Part shown: piece by piece, positions 38,278-47,914 of the stretch | Layout of the letters: each line of letters begins with the position of its first letter | How positions within the stretch are numbered: position 1 is the stretch's first letter | NCBI GenBank assembly: GCA_964625155.1 | Contig: CAZVBC010000001.1 | Coordinates: 1,559-65,558, forward strand | Reading direction: 5' to 3' | DNA: 64,000 bases | From: an uncultured Pirellulaceae bacterium | GTDB taxonomy: Bacteria; Planctomycetota; Planctomycetia; Pirellulales; Pirellulaceae | Notes under the pieces: generated by a model | Databases searched by the model: none | What the model was told of the DNA's origin: nothing | The model's input: only the letters and a program-made list of their open reading frames with translations | Program-made: the position numbers and the translations under genes

Positions 38278-38302
38278 AATAACCAGGTGCACGAGCCAAG
38301 TT
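38278..38302 (+). repeat. Dispersed 25-nt exact repeat, copy 1
   Basis: 'aataaccaggtgcacgagccaagtt' is identical to 61949..61973 on the same strand. Both copies are intergenic and lie just 3' of a minus-strand gene. Confidence 0.9.
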
Positions 38303-38313
38303 TATCGAATTTC

Positions 38314-38474
38314 AGAAACCGGAGGCTAACGCCGGCTAATGCCTTCCGGTTGATGCTGTATGCCTCGCAATGAATAGTGTCCTATTCCCCATTTCCTTCA
38401 ACCACACTTTCCACGGATGACTGTTTTGAATGATTGGATGCTGGCCTAATCAGCCGCATTAGCCTCCGGTTTCT
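38314..38474. repeat. MITE-like element bounded by terminal inverted repeats
   Basis: The 16-nt perfect inverted arms are 'agaaaccggaggctaa' (38314..38329) and 'ttagcctccggtttct' (38459..38474). The pairing extends imperfectly inward ('gccggctaat' vs 'attagcc..gcggctg'). The element is about 160 bp, non-coding, and sits in a convergent intergenic region. Confidence 0.5.
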
Positions 38475-38485
38475 ATTTGATGCGT

Positions 38486-39898
38486 TTATCTCAGCCGTCC
38501 CTCGATCCAAGCGGACGGGATTCCATCATTCCATTTTTCGCGGCAGTCCAGAGAAACTGGCAAGTTGTCACCAAGCACCCAAAATCTATTTTCGCCGATT
38601 GGTCGTTCACAGCTCCACATCAATTCTCGATGCTGGCGCGGACCTAGCCAGAGATCGCGAGAGACCTCCAAATGCTCGATCAAAAGATCTCCGGTTAGCG
38701 GATAAATTTCAATTGGCTCGCACGGCGACAATGGCTTTGATTCTGTCAACGCATTCGCATCTGACCGTGAGGCGCCGGGAACTCGGTCAAGCTCCCATAC
38801 ATACTCGCTCTTGTCTCCAAGCTGTTCGATGGAGATCATGATCCTCGAATCGCAGACTGCGGCCATGACGTTGGTCGCTACAGGTAGGTGTGAAATCGCT
38901 TCAATGGCCTTCGTCTCGAAGTCAGAGCGATTATCCAAAGTCGGAGTTCTTCCACTGAACTGAAAAGAGAAATCTTGCTTGCGATAATGCAATGTTAACC
39001 TCCAATTCAGATCGGGAGCAATGTCGCGCAGTTTCAATGACACAAGGAGATCGTCCACAGGATGCAGTTGTGTAGAGATACCTTGATTGATTTCATAGTC
39101 ATTGAGAATTGGGCTGGGGCGTTGATACTCATTGCTACCTATTGGCGCAGGCGTGTGATAGGCAAATCGCATAACGCTGCCTGCCCGAACATGCAATGTA
39201 TCGTTCAACACCGGTGAATGATCACCGTCGCCCCAAGTCCAGTACAGAAGGTCGTCCTCTGGAAATCGAGAGAGTGGAATACCAACCATTGCAAATTGAG
39301 AAATCGTTTTCTGAAACAAATGTCCATCGATCCACAGTTCACCATTTTTCAATTCAACTTGCTCATGTGGCATTCCCCAAATACGCTTGACAATTGGACC
39401 GGCACCTGGCTCGCGGAATACGATTACGTCCAACCGCTGAACTCCCATTGAATCGCGCACTGGCTCGGAGTCAACCAACTGTCCCATCGTTACCTTGTTC
39501 GACACACTACACGTCGCTCCACAACGATGACAACGTGTCGGAAAGTTCGGATTGTAGGATTCAGCATCGACACCAAACTCCCGCTTGCAGGCGTCACAAT
39601 GTGCTCGCAGTGTTGGTCCCAACCAGCGTGGGGCCATCGAGTTGGAGCCCACGCGAAAGCGTTTCAATTCGAAACTGTCGCTGTCACAGCCAACGTGGCT
39701 CGTTAGACATACCCAAACAATACACAGCATTCGCCTAGTTGTAACCGGCGAACGAACAAGTCTCATAAGGTGAGCGGCAGCTAAAAGCATACCGCAAGGC
39801 TTGAACCGTTTTGCTAAATTAAATAGAGCAAGGACATGAGCGCTACGGTGCGCTGAAAAGTCCCTTTCTGACGCTCGCCATAAGTTCAGCAACACCAT
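38486..39898 (-). CDS. S26-family signal peptidase I-like protein with a zinc-ribbon insert and a long C-terminal extension
   Basis: Box B 'VGSNSMAPRW' (Ser), box D 'IVKRIWGMPHEQVELKNGELWIDG' (Lys), box E 'FWVLGDNLPVSLDCR'. 'CDACK...CHRCG' is inserted after box B. The start codon is uncertain, with several in-frame Met codons. Confidence 0.6.
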   Translation of the reverse strand: MVLLNLWRASERDFSAHRSAHVLALFNLAKRFKPCGMLLAAAHLMRLVRSPVTTRRMLCIVWVCLTSHVGCDSDSFELKRFRVGSNSMAPRWLGPTLRAHCDACKREFGVDAESYNPNFPTRCHRCGATCSVSNKVTMGQLVDSEPVRDSMGVQRLDVIVFREPGAGPIVKRIWGMPHEQVELKNGELWIDGHLFQKTISQFAMVGIPLSRFPEDDLLYWTWGDGDHSPVLNDTLHVRAGSVMRFAYHTPAPIGSNEYQRPSPILNDYEINQGISTQLHPVDDLLVSLKLRDIAPDLNWRLTLHYRKQDFSFQFSGRTPTLDNRSDFETKAIEAISHLPVATNVMAAVCDSRIMISIEQLGDKSEYVWELDRVPGASRSDANALTESKPLSPCEPIEIYPLTGDLLIEHLEVSRDLWLGPRQHRELMWSCERPIGENRFWVLGDNLPVSLDCREKWNDGIPSAWIEGRLR

Positions 39899-39928
39899 TG
39901 CACGGTACTTGCAAAATTGTTTTTGGAG

Positions 39929-40777
39929 TTAGCGTATGCCAGGCTGTCTGCGAATCCAATCTTCGAGTAAGTCAAAAACTTCTAGGCGTCCGACATCTCG
40001 ATGGATATCATGCAGAAAGCCATCAAAAATGCGCAATTGACAAAGCGCATTACTTCGACCCGCAAATTCTCGGCTGGCGTCAGGACAAGTCAATTCGTCG
40101 GCTGACCCATGCAAGACCAAAGACGGCACCGCCAATTCCTGAGCGTGTTCGATAGCCCAATTGCCAGCGTCAATTATTGCAACCCCCAAACGCAATGAAA
40201 TTCTCCGGTGCACTAGTTCGTCTCGCCGGTATGCATCTTGTTGCGAACGATCTCGAGAAAGTCCTTCGGCGCGCACCGGAGCTCGCAAGCAATAATGCGG
40301 CAGGACTTTAGCTAGTATCCGTGCATATAGCATAAACGGCTGACTCAACGGATGCTTAGGACGCAAAAAGGAACCTGAGGCAATGACAGCCAATGGCTGC
40401 GGTTGATAATGACGTAAAGCATAGTTCAGTACGAGGTTGCCACCCATACTGTGTCCGTACAGTATGATGGGTTTTTCAGGAAAGAGACTTCCTAAGCGCC
40501 CTAATGCCGAAACGATATCGCGCATCAATCCGTCGAACGAATTGATACACCCTCGCCAACCGGGACTGTGACCGTGCCCTTGTAAATCAAATGCCAAAGC
40601 TCCAAACCCGCGCTGGCACATGGTGTCTGCAAAGTCAGCATAACGCCCGCCATGTTCCCCCAGTCCATGCACAATACAGATCAGTGCAATCGGATCTTGG
40701 TCGAGCGGCAACCATGTCTGTCCAAAACGCTTTGCACCAGCCGACTCGAACCAAATAGTGGATTGGGACACTCTCAA
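39929..40777 (-). CDS. Alpha/beta hydrolase (lysophospholipase/monoglyceride-lipase-like)
   Basis: 'LICIVHGLGEHGGRY', nucleophile elbow 'LYGHSMGGNL', and a C-terminal 'FLHDIHRD'. TTG or GTG start. Confidence 0.8.
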   Translation of the reverse strand: MRVSQSTIWFESAGAKRFGQTWLPLDQDPIALICIVHGLGEHGGRYADFADTMCQRGFGALAFDLQGHGHSPGWRGCINSFDGLMRDIVSALGRLGSLFPEKPIILYGHSMGGNLVLNYALRHYQPQPLAVIASGSFLRPKHPLSQPFMLYARILAKVLPHYCLRAPVRAEGLSRDRSQQDAYRRDELVHRRISLRLGVAIIDAGNWAIEHAQELAVPSLVLHGSADELTCPDASREFAGRSNALCQLRIFDGFLHDIHRDVGRLEVFDLLEDWIRRQPGIR

Positions 40778-40877
40778 CGGTCGCTCACTTTCCGGTTGAT
40801 TGTGTGATCATGTAACTGAACATTTCTACAACAGTGCAAGGTGATGTCAGCCACGAAACTCGATTGTTTTGATTGCT

Positions 40878-42164
40878 TTATCCACTTGGGTGTACTGTCT
40901 TGTACAAATCCAATTCCGGCCTACCGGCGATCAACGAAAAAACATACCGAATTTGTTCGTGCCCGTGATGAATTAAAAACCGATCGTCTACCCCAAAGCT
41001 CTGTCGACCGAGAACATAGTAATGGGGTTCGCTGGTTACCGATCTTATGCCCTCGCGCGGGGAAAGTTGGTAATCCCAATTTAGTTCTTGAGGATTGTGA
41101 TCGTTGCCAATCGACGCAGTAATTGGTTGGACATTCAAGTCTTCGCAAAAATCTCCAGCCCCCGTCCCTTGTACAGCCACAACCACTTCATCGCAGCGCA
41201 GATCGAGCGTATCCTCTTCAGCGACCAGGAGACGAATTTGCCATTGACCTTGTTCCTCTCGAGATAGCCGCTCAATGCCCCAGGCTCCCAGTACGGACAT
41301 ACCCGCCGGCGGGCTATTCAACAGTTGCATTGCCGAGCGTATCGTGCGCCCACGGGCCGAATATCGGTCTTCGAAGGACATTGTATGGTCCAAATTGACT
41401 TCGGACTGTGTGCCGCCAAGCTGATGGTTGGTGACCCAAGTAACTTGTGTACCCGAATGCTCGTGCATCAATTCGGATAACATATTGGCGACTAATGCAG
41501 CGCGATAACTGCCACCCAGCAAGAGCGTGTGTTTACCTGCAAATCTTGCTCGATCATTGCCCAGCACGTCAGGCAACCGGCGGCAGATATGTTCAGCAAA
41601 TTCTATTTCACCCAGAGCTAAACCACCTCCAGGGCCAAGGCCGGCTCGCTCGTAATGTGCACCTGAACAATCCAAAACGATATCCGCTCGTTCAGCATAC
41701 CAACCTCGATTTTTGGATTGAACTACAAGCCGAAACTCTTGGTCAGCTCGATCTTGAATGGAAAGATTGTTCCACTTGCGTGACATTGTACGGCTGATGG
41801 AAACAACTTTTGAAAAGACATTAACAGAATCGTACACCAAATCTGTTCGCGCCAGCGGTACCAAATAAAGCTCAGCAAATTCTCTGCCAGTTATCGAGGC
41901 GTCCGGTGCGGGCAACTGGGTCAATTGGTCGTGCGACTCGAGCGCCGCTAAGCCGAGCGGTGAACAATTGAGCTCGAAGGGGGTGAACATGCGTGCATGA
42001 CCCCAGCCCAGCACATTGGCAGCGACTTTTCCCTCGTCAAACAAGAGAACATAGTATCCCAAAAACCTTGCATAAAGTGCGGCTTCGATGCCCAGTGGCC
42101 CAGTCCCGATAATGGCTATTGTCGCAGGTGTGTCGATCTCAGGGTCCCAGGGCAGTTGGCTCAT
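40878..42164 (-). CDS. FAD/NAD(P)-binding oxidoreductase
   Basis: Rossmann dinucleotide motif 'IAIIGTGPLGIEAALYARFLGYYVLLFDEG' and a second nucleotide-binding-like segment 'HTLLLGGSYRAALVA'. The internal ATG at 42164 avoids the 77-nt overlap with the upstream gene that the track start at 42284 implies. Confidence 0.6.
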   Translation of the reverse strand: MSQLPWDPEIDTPATIAIIGTGPLGIEAALYARFLGYYVLLFDEGKVAANVLGWGHARMFTPFELNCSPLGLAALESHDQLTQLPAPDASITGREFAELYLVPLARTDLVYDSVNVFSKVVSISRTMSRKWNNLSIQDRADQEFRLVVQSKNRGWYAERADIVLDCSGAHYERAGLGPGGGLALGEIEFAEHICRRLPDVLGNDRARFAGKHTLLLGGSYRAALVANMLSELMHEHSGTQVTWVTNHQLGGTQSEVNLDHTMSFEDRYSARGRTIRSAMQLLNSPPAGMSVLGAWGIERLSREEQGQWQIRLLVAEEDTLDLRCDEVVVAVQGTGAGDFCEDLNVQPITASIGNDHNPQELNWDYQLSPREGIRSVTSEPHYYVLGRQSFGVDDRFLIHHGHEQIRYVFSLIAGRPELDLYKTVHPSG

Positions 42165-42207
42165 GAAGTGCGCACTATCGGAGTAATTGATATGACCAAA
42201 ACGGTTG

Positions 42208-43827
42208 TTAGGGATTGGGAGTCTTTCGAATCGCGAGCTGCGCATCCCCGGCGGCCCATCCCTTGGCTCCCTCAAGAAATGCACGAACTAGGTAGCGCCC
42301 ACCAGGTAACTCAGCAGGTGTGTCAAGTGGCAATTTGAATGGACCCTCAGGCACGATATGTTGCGCCGATGTAATGACGCGCGAGTTCGCTTGAATGTAA
42401 CAGCGTTGCATCTGTTGGCGAGCATTTTCGTCTGTCGAAAAATGCTTGATGGGGTTCAGTCCCTGCGGCAAGGCGTCACGTCGCAGGACAAGCTCTAATC
42501 GCAATCGACCTTGGATAGGGGCAATTCCTTGGATATCGATGGTCGCTCCCGGTTGAAGACGCTCTGGTATATTGATTGCGAGAGATTCTGGATGAGACAG
42601 GCGTAAAGTAGGATCACCAAGTAGATTCATTTCCCAAACGTGCTCAAGTCTTTCCTGTTCTAGGTCGTGACCTGCCGGGCTGAGTGCCTTGGCGAGCGAA
42701 TCGATTAGTTCCATTTGAGCTCGATTACGCTCGGGTGTTTGTTTTTGTTCGCCGCGATTTTCCATCAGCATCTCACGTTTGGCATGCAGCACAATTTTTC
42801 CCAGGCGAGGGTTTTGGTCGTCGTAGCACGCTGCCAACATTCCTGAGCTCAGTAGTGCCATCCCATATGGGCCAGTCATGCGCGACGCAGCCAAGGTTGC
42901 CACTGGCCCCGAATTGCTTTTGAGAATCTGCTCGGCCAAACAATCACGCGAAGCATCAAAGGCACCGGTGTAACACGCCAGGAAGACTGCCACCGGTGGA
43001 AACTGCGAACAATTGATTTGCTGTACATTCTCCTTAGTCATGATGTCCAGCAATTGGTCGTTTACTTGTACTTTATCCAGCGTTTCGACGTGACCATGCC
43101 CGACGTATACCCAGAAAGCGCCACCTTGATTCAATCGATCAATGGCACATTGCCCAAAGCGAAACGGATCGGGACAATACGGGCTGCCAGGACTGGCATG
43201 TGTCATTGTCAGCTCAGCCCAGCTTGGGATACGGTCCGTCAGAAAGCGACGGGTGGTCATTTCAATCATTGAGTCGACAATCGCGCCAAAACCGCCGACG
43301 CCGGCCACGACATGCACGTTGCGCCGCCACGCTGAAAAATCCATATTGTTCTCGAAGGCAATAGTTCGATCGAGAATCAGCGCCAGTTGATTGGCATTGT
43401 CGGCGGGGATGCGACCAATGGAAATATCGGGAATATGATCGCCGTCAAGATCCGCAAAAGGATTGTCGCTCGCAATATGCGGCTCACTTCCAAATCGCAC
43501 CATCGCGGAGGAGGGCAAATAACATGTGGGCACAAGGCTGTTGGCGGTCTGCGAACGCGGATCGACGTCGTCAGCTACGTCACCTGCCAATAAAACGTAA
43601 CCTAAGCGGACGTTTGGCTGTTGTCCAAGCTCCTTAATCGAGCGGACTATATTCTCCGTTCCTACTTCCGCGTCAATCTCGTGGACGCGCATCGACTGCC
43701 CAAGCCGATACCGTTTCCAAGTTTCAATTGCAGCACTCCAGCCTGCAGGTCGGACTACCGCCACGTCTTCCCACTGCGCCGGCTCGGCTGCTAGTGCCAA
43801 AACAAGAATCAATGCATACTCGCCCAT
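42208..43827 (-). CDS. Peptidase family C25 (gingipain-like cysteine protease) domain protein
   Basis: 'YVLLAGDV', 'FADLDGDHIPDISIGRIPA', a His block 'FWVYVGHGHVETL' and a Cys block 'VAVFLACYTGAFD', in the order expected for C25 (clan CD). Confidence 0.7.
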   Translation of the reverse strand: MGEYALILVLALAAEPAQWEDVAVVRPAGWSAAIETWKRYRLGQSMRVHEIDAEVGTENIVRSIKELGQQPNVRLGYVLLAGDVADDVDPRSQTANSLVPTCYLPSSAMVRFGSEPHIASDNPFADLDGDHIPDISIGRIPADNANQLALILDRTIAFENNMDFSAWRRNVHVVAGVGGFGAIVDSMIEMTTRRFLTDRIPSWAELTMTHASPGSPYCPDPFRFGQCAIDRLNQGGAFWVYVGHGHVETLDKVQVNDQLLDIMTKENVQQINCSQFPPVAVFLACYTGAFDASRDCLAEQILKSNSGPVATLAASRMTGPYGMALLSSGMLAACYDDQNPRLGKIVLHAKREMLMENRGEQKQTPERNRAQMELIDSLAKALSPAGHDLEQERLEHVWEMNLLGDPTLRLSHPESLAINIPERLQPGATIDIQGIAPIQGRLRLELVLRRDALPQGLNPIKHFSTDENARQQMQRCYIQANSRVITSAQHIVPEGPFKLPLDTPAELPGGRYLVRAFLEGAKGWAAGDAQLAIRKTPNP

Positions 43828-43994
43828 CCTGGTCGACCTTCTAACAGACCTCGAAGCCTCAATTGCTAGCAGTGCCCAGATGGCAAATAGTGCTGAGAAT
43901 TAACAGAGGCTCCAAGATAACAGATATTCTATCCGGTCAAGTGCGGCAATAGAAATGCGCAACCTTGAGACACGCCCAGTTATATGTATGTTCT

Positions 43995-44795
43995 TTATGG
44001 AGCCTTTGGCGCAGGTCGATCAGCACAAGGTGGCTCAAACGGGAGGCGAGCCCCGCGCCACTCCCCTTTGGCTGCGTGTTGGATTTCAGCATACTTTTTG
44101 GCCAGCTCAACGACGGCGTCATCGCTTTTGTCGACGTACAATTCAAACCAATAACCTGGTTCCCCTTCTTTGGCAACTCGAATGCCAGCCGCCAATCGGC
44201 CACGGTGGTCGCCACCGGCGCAATCGCCTGCGATTAGGGAAGCCATAAGCCGATCTGCCAAGCTTCCTCGTGTTTCCTCGTAAGCCTCCGCCATGTTGGT
44301 AATTACTGCACGACCATTTAATGTATTGCCCTGACAACAATAAAAGCGGCCAGTCATCGCAGACCAATACTGGCTTTGCGGCGGTGCTTGTGTAGGATTG
44401 TGAACAGCAGCTCGCCCCGACATATCGATCACAGCAAGTTGCCTTAGTTCGCGGTTAGGGTCACTGCGAAGCAGATCCGCAATTACTTGTTCCGGAGCTG
44501 TCCCGGCTGCTAACATATCGAGGGCTGGTTCGCCCCATTTAGGCACATGATGATGCTGAGTGCAGATGCCTCCTACACCGGCTCGCACATATCCTACAAC
44601 GCGTCCAACGGCAGGATACTTGCTGGCAACTGCCACGCCGACCGTTCCGGCCTCAGGTTCTACTGCAACAATCGAAAACGTAGCAGTTATTCCAGTGTGA
44701 TATTCGTCCGCACCTAAAACAGGTGCCCGGATGACCATCGTCATTAGCATCGCGCACGGCGCACACAATAATCGATGAAGATCATTTCCAAGCAT
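43995..44795 (-). CDS. DUF1028 family (Ntn-hydrolase fold) protein
   Basis: Signal-like N-terminus followed by 'TFSIVAVEPEAGTVGVAVASKYPAVG', the characteristic DUF1028 N-terminal nucleophile region. Confidence 0.8.
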   Translation of the reverse strand: MLGNDLHRLLCAPCAMLMTMVIRAPVLGADEYHTGITATFSIVAVEPEAGTVGVAVASKYPAVGRVVGYVRAGVGGICTQHHHVPKWGEPALDMLAAGTAPEQVIADLLRSDPNRELRQLAVIDMSGRAAVHNPTQAPPQSQYWSAMTGRFYCCQGNTLNGRAVITNMAEAYEETRGSLADRLMASLIAGDCAGGDHRGRLAAGIRVAKEGEPGYWFELYVDKSDDAVVELAKKYAEIQHAAKGEWRGARLPFEPPCADRPAPKAP

Positions 44796-44881
44796 ATTCT
44801 TATCCAGTTCAAGGCATTCGATTTTACGTATTGGTTAGTTCCGCGCGCTTGGCGATGGAAATCCATTTTGCAAAAAAGTAC

Positions 44882-46189
44882 TTAGCTCTTTAGCCATCGA
44901 TCAAACCATGCGAAAGCTTCCCGCTGCATGGGTAAGTCGAATTTGTGTGGGCCGGGATAGAACGAGCACTGATAGTTATTCACCGCATCGCCCTTGCGAT
45001 AGACTTCAGCCATGATTTGGTCGGCTCGCTGCATTTCAGGCATGGTAAACAAAGAATCCTGTTCGTTATTCAAAACCAGGGTCGGTAGCGGGACACGCAG
45101 GCCAAGAATCTCTGGGTAATCCAGGTCCAATGGAATTCCTGGAATGTAAATCATCCATGTGTGTGTGTGGCATTTGTGTAGCAAGTAATCTCGCCACGTC
45201 GTCATCATCCCCACACAGCATGCACAACGGATGCGATGATCTAAACCTCCCAAGTACGTTGTACGCAGTCCTCCGCCCGACAATCCTGCACATCCGACTC
45301 GTTCCGCGTCCACGTCAGGGCGTTGGCAAAGGTAGTCCAAAGCACGCTGATCTTCGGCGGTAAAGACACCAGGCCAGGTCGTACCAGCGCAAAATAAACT
45401 CTTGGCTGTAAGGTGTTCGTGTTCTCCTGCCCACTTGTTGTAAGCAACGATGGATTGTTCAGAATCGTCATCGACAGGTTCGACGCCACGCCGAGCGGCA
45501 GGAGCGACGTCGGCCATGCGCACACGCCGACTAGCAAACGTGTACGTGTCATGCACCATCACCACGTATCCCCGTTTTGCTATCTCGTTTGCCCACGGCA
45601 CACCACCGTAATAATGATCCTGATGTTTAGTCATCAGCGGGTGCTGAGATGGCGATGCCCGAGTTATTTTTTCGTGTCCAAAGTACTTATTGCCACCATG
45701 GTCATGTAATCCCAATATCGCGGGCAACCGGCCCACTGAACCGCGAGGTTTGAGCAGCACCGCTTTGGTTCGTGGACCATATGGTAATTGCCAACTAATG
45801 TGTTCCACGTGCAATCCATCGATTTCCAATTGGCTATCCACCCGATAGTCCGTCACGGGCTTAGTTTGAGGTTGCAGCAATGTCTCCCCTAAACGCTTCA
45901 GAGCGGATTGTCGCCAAGCTTCGAGATCGCGAAAGGCCGCATTGCGAAATGATAAACGAGCAGGCTCTTCACCAACGATTTGCGCAGCCCATGGCCCGTA
46001 TGCTCCAATCATATTGGGCACCAATAAATCGTCTTTTCGTTGTGCAGCTTGAGCATTGCCGGTTGTGTGAGCGGAATTTCCATCGAGTACATGATTCATT
46101 ATCAAACCGGCTCCTACAACAGCTCCAGCACCAACGGCAGATCGTTCAATGAAGTCCCGACGATTTAGATCTTGGTTATCATCAGACAT
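44882..46189 (-). CDS. Tat-exported alpha/beta hydrolase (dienelactone-hydrolase or acetyl-xylan-esterase-like)
   Basis: Twin-arginine signal 'NRRDFIERSAVGAGAVVGAG', 'AILGLHDHGG', and nucleophile elbow 'GCAGLSGGG'. Confidence 0.7.
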   Translation of the reverse strand: MSDDNQDLNRRDFIERSAVGAGAVVGAGLIMNHVLDGNSAHTTGNAQAAQRKDDLLVPNMIGAYGPWAAQIVGEEPARLSFRNAAFRDLEAWRQSALKRLGETLLQPQTKPVTDYRVDSQLEIDGLHVEHISWQLPYGPRTKAVLLKPRGSVGRLPAILGLHDHGGNKYFGHEKITRASPSQHPLMTKHQDHYYGGVPWANEIAKRGYVVMVHDTYTFASRRVRMADVAPAARRGVEPVDDDSEQSIVAYNKWAGEHEHLTAKSLFCAGTTWPGVFTAEDQRALDYLCQRPDVDAERVGCAGLSGGGLRTTYLGGLDHRIRCACCVGMMTTWRDYLLHKCHTHTWMIYIPGIPLDLDYPEILGLRVPLPTLVLNNEQDSLFTMPEMQRADQIMAEVYRKGDAVNNYQCSFYPGPHKFDLPMQREAFAWFDRWLKS

Positions 46190-46745
46190 CGACGATTATT
46201 CTCCTCGCGCGACACTTGATATTTTTGAACAGCTTCGAAGCTCAATTGCTCGATCTATTTTTATACTCATCGTAGAAGCAGAACGCTATCAAAACTACGC
46301 CCCCAGTTTACGCGGCGAATAGTGCAGAGAACTATTTGCGAGTTGCGACGAAGATGACGTCTGCCGAAGCCGTGAGACTCATTGCGGTTTTTTCTCTCCG
46401 ATGCTTCACGAACAGAAACTGGAAAAGACCCGCAAAAACGCACTACACCTACTTGGACCAGAACTCTACCAGCACGTCTGTACTTCTTGTAATCAACATT
46501 TCTATTTCTTTATCAAGCCATTTAGATATGTTAATTTTAAGAGCGATTTCTCAAATGTCTCGCTTACGTGAGAAGCTATACGATCGCTGAGAAACCTGAG
46601 CCGGAGCTAGGGGGGGTTATTTCACGTACTTTTGTATTGCTTGAATCAATCGTAGGGAATCTGTCAAGTTTGCGGGATAGGTAGACGATTCTATATTCCG
46701 AGTGGTCTAGGAATTCATCGTTTAGCTCGAGAGTTCTCTACGGTC

Positions 46746-46774
46746 TTGACGAGACTTGCTGGCACCACTAGACT
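46746..46774 (+). promoter_or_regulatory. Candidate sigma-70-like promoter for the HU gene
   Basis: 'TTGACG' (46746..46751), a 17-nt spacer, then 'TAGACT' (46769..46774). This lies about 70 nt upstream of the HU GTG start. Motif match only. Confidence 0.3.
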
Positions 46775-46843
46775 TCGCTTGGTATAAACTCTGGCTAACA
46801 AATGACTTAGGGCATTTGTGGCTGAACGAAGGAGCTAGGCGAA

Positions 46844-47242
46844 GTGACCAAAAAAGAGATCGTCAAAGCGATTTCCGATACGACCGGGCTGACACAACTT
46901 CAAATCAAGGAAATTGTGCAGCGCACGTTCGACGGTATTATCGAGACGTTGATGGAAGAAGGACGCGTGGAATTGCGGAATTTCGGCGTCTTCCAGATCA
47001 AAACCCGCAAAGCACGTAAGGCCAGAAACCCCAGAACAGGGCATCAGGTCGAAGTGCCAGAGAAGTTCGTAGTGACTTTTAAGCCGGGCAAAGAAATGGA
47101 AGCGCGTGCGAAATTACTTGAAAATACCGTTGCGGGCGATCTGCTTCGCCAAAAAATCGGATATTTGAAAGATGACGGCGAGACCGAGGAAGGCGACACC
47201 AGAACTCAATCGCCTGAGGCTAACGACGGAAACGAAGATTAA
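46844..47242 (+). CDS. HU/IHF-family nucleoid protein with an acidic C-terminal extension
   Basis: '[12 protein letters not shown]...[46 protein letters not shown]' is canonical HU/IHF. An extra ~40 aa is Asp/Glu-rich ('DDGETEEGD...NDGNED'). GTG start with GGAG upstream. Confidence 0.9.
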   Translation: MTKKEIVKAISDTTGLTQLQIKEIVQRTFDGIIETLMEEGRVELRNFGVFQIKTRKARKARNPRTGHQVEVPEKFVVTFKPGKEMEARAKLLENTVAGDLLRQKIGYLKDDGETEEGDTRTQSPEANDGNED

Positions 47243-47264
47243 CTGATTTCAAGGTCCCCACAGG

Positions 47265-47284
47265 GCGAAACGCTGGCGTTTCGC
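47265..47284 (+). other. Stem-loop between the HU and lipoprotein genes
   Basis: 'gcgaaacg-ctgg-cgtttcgc' forms an 8-bp stem with a tetraloop and no T-tract. It may act as an attenuator or an RNA-processing/stability element. Confidence 0.3.
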
Positions 47285-47308
47285 AGTCAAGTTCACGGAG
47301 GAAGAATA

Positions 47309-47524
47309 ATGCGACGCTGGTTGTGTGCTGCTTTGCTGCTGGGATGTTTATCGGCGACCGGCTGCGCCCTCCCAATTTATTCAGCAATCCCAGAAAAACG
47401 GGCGGAACAATTAATTTACACTTCTGAGAATTTGCGGTTGCTGATTCAGGAGTGGGAACGATTTTGGTTCCTCGACCAACCCGATCACATGACTCCCTAC
47501 CGGGTTCACGGCGGTGTCATCTAA
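47309..47524 (+). CDS. Small putative lipoprotein
   Basis: Strong RBS 'ggaggaagaataATG'. 'MRRWLCAALLLGCLSATGCALP' contains lipobox-like 'LLGC' and 'ATGC'. 71 aa. Confidence 0.5.
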   Translation: MRRWLCAALLLGCLSATGCALPIYSAIPEKRAEQLIYTSENLRLLIQEWERFWFLDQPDHMTPYRVHGGVI

Positions 47525-47841
47525 GTCAACTCGCATTCCACATCGATGCTTTGCAGAATAGCTACCAATTTGCATGAATTTGCGTTGGTGGCTATCGCGA
47601 TCCTCGAAGGAAAAATATCTGCCAGGCAAAAAGCATTGAGGTTCGTTTGAACGGGTGATTCTCGTCAACCAACTAGCCTAGACATTCACCGCAGAACCCA
47701 TTAGATTCACAATCCCGTTGCTGGCATTCGTTGTAGTGCTAGAATCCGGCAGTCTGTGGCGACGCAATCAACGTTTGCCATCATGTTGCATGTGGACAGG
47801 TTGATGAATTAATTGGGTGAGGCACAAGCTTCCTCAGACCT

Positions 47842-47914
47842 GGGGCGGTAGCTCAGTTGGGAGAGCGCAGCGTTCGCAATGCTGAGGTCGGGGGTTCGAC
47901 TCCCCTCCGCTCCA
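47842..47914 (+). tRNA. tRNA-Ala (anticodon CGC)
   Basis: A 73-nt cloverleaf folded by hand. The acceptor stem is GGGGCGG/CCGCTCC with the G3:U70 alanine identity pair. D-arm GCTC-AGTTGGGA-GAGC, anticodon stem-loop CAGCG-TTCGCAA-TGCTG, T-arm GGGGG-TTCGACT-CCCCT. CCA is not encoded. Confidence 0.95.
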
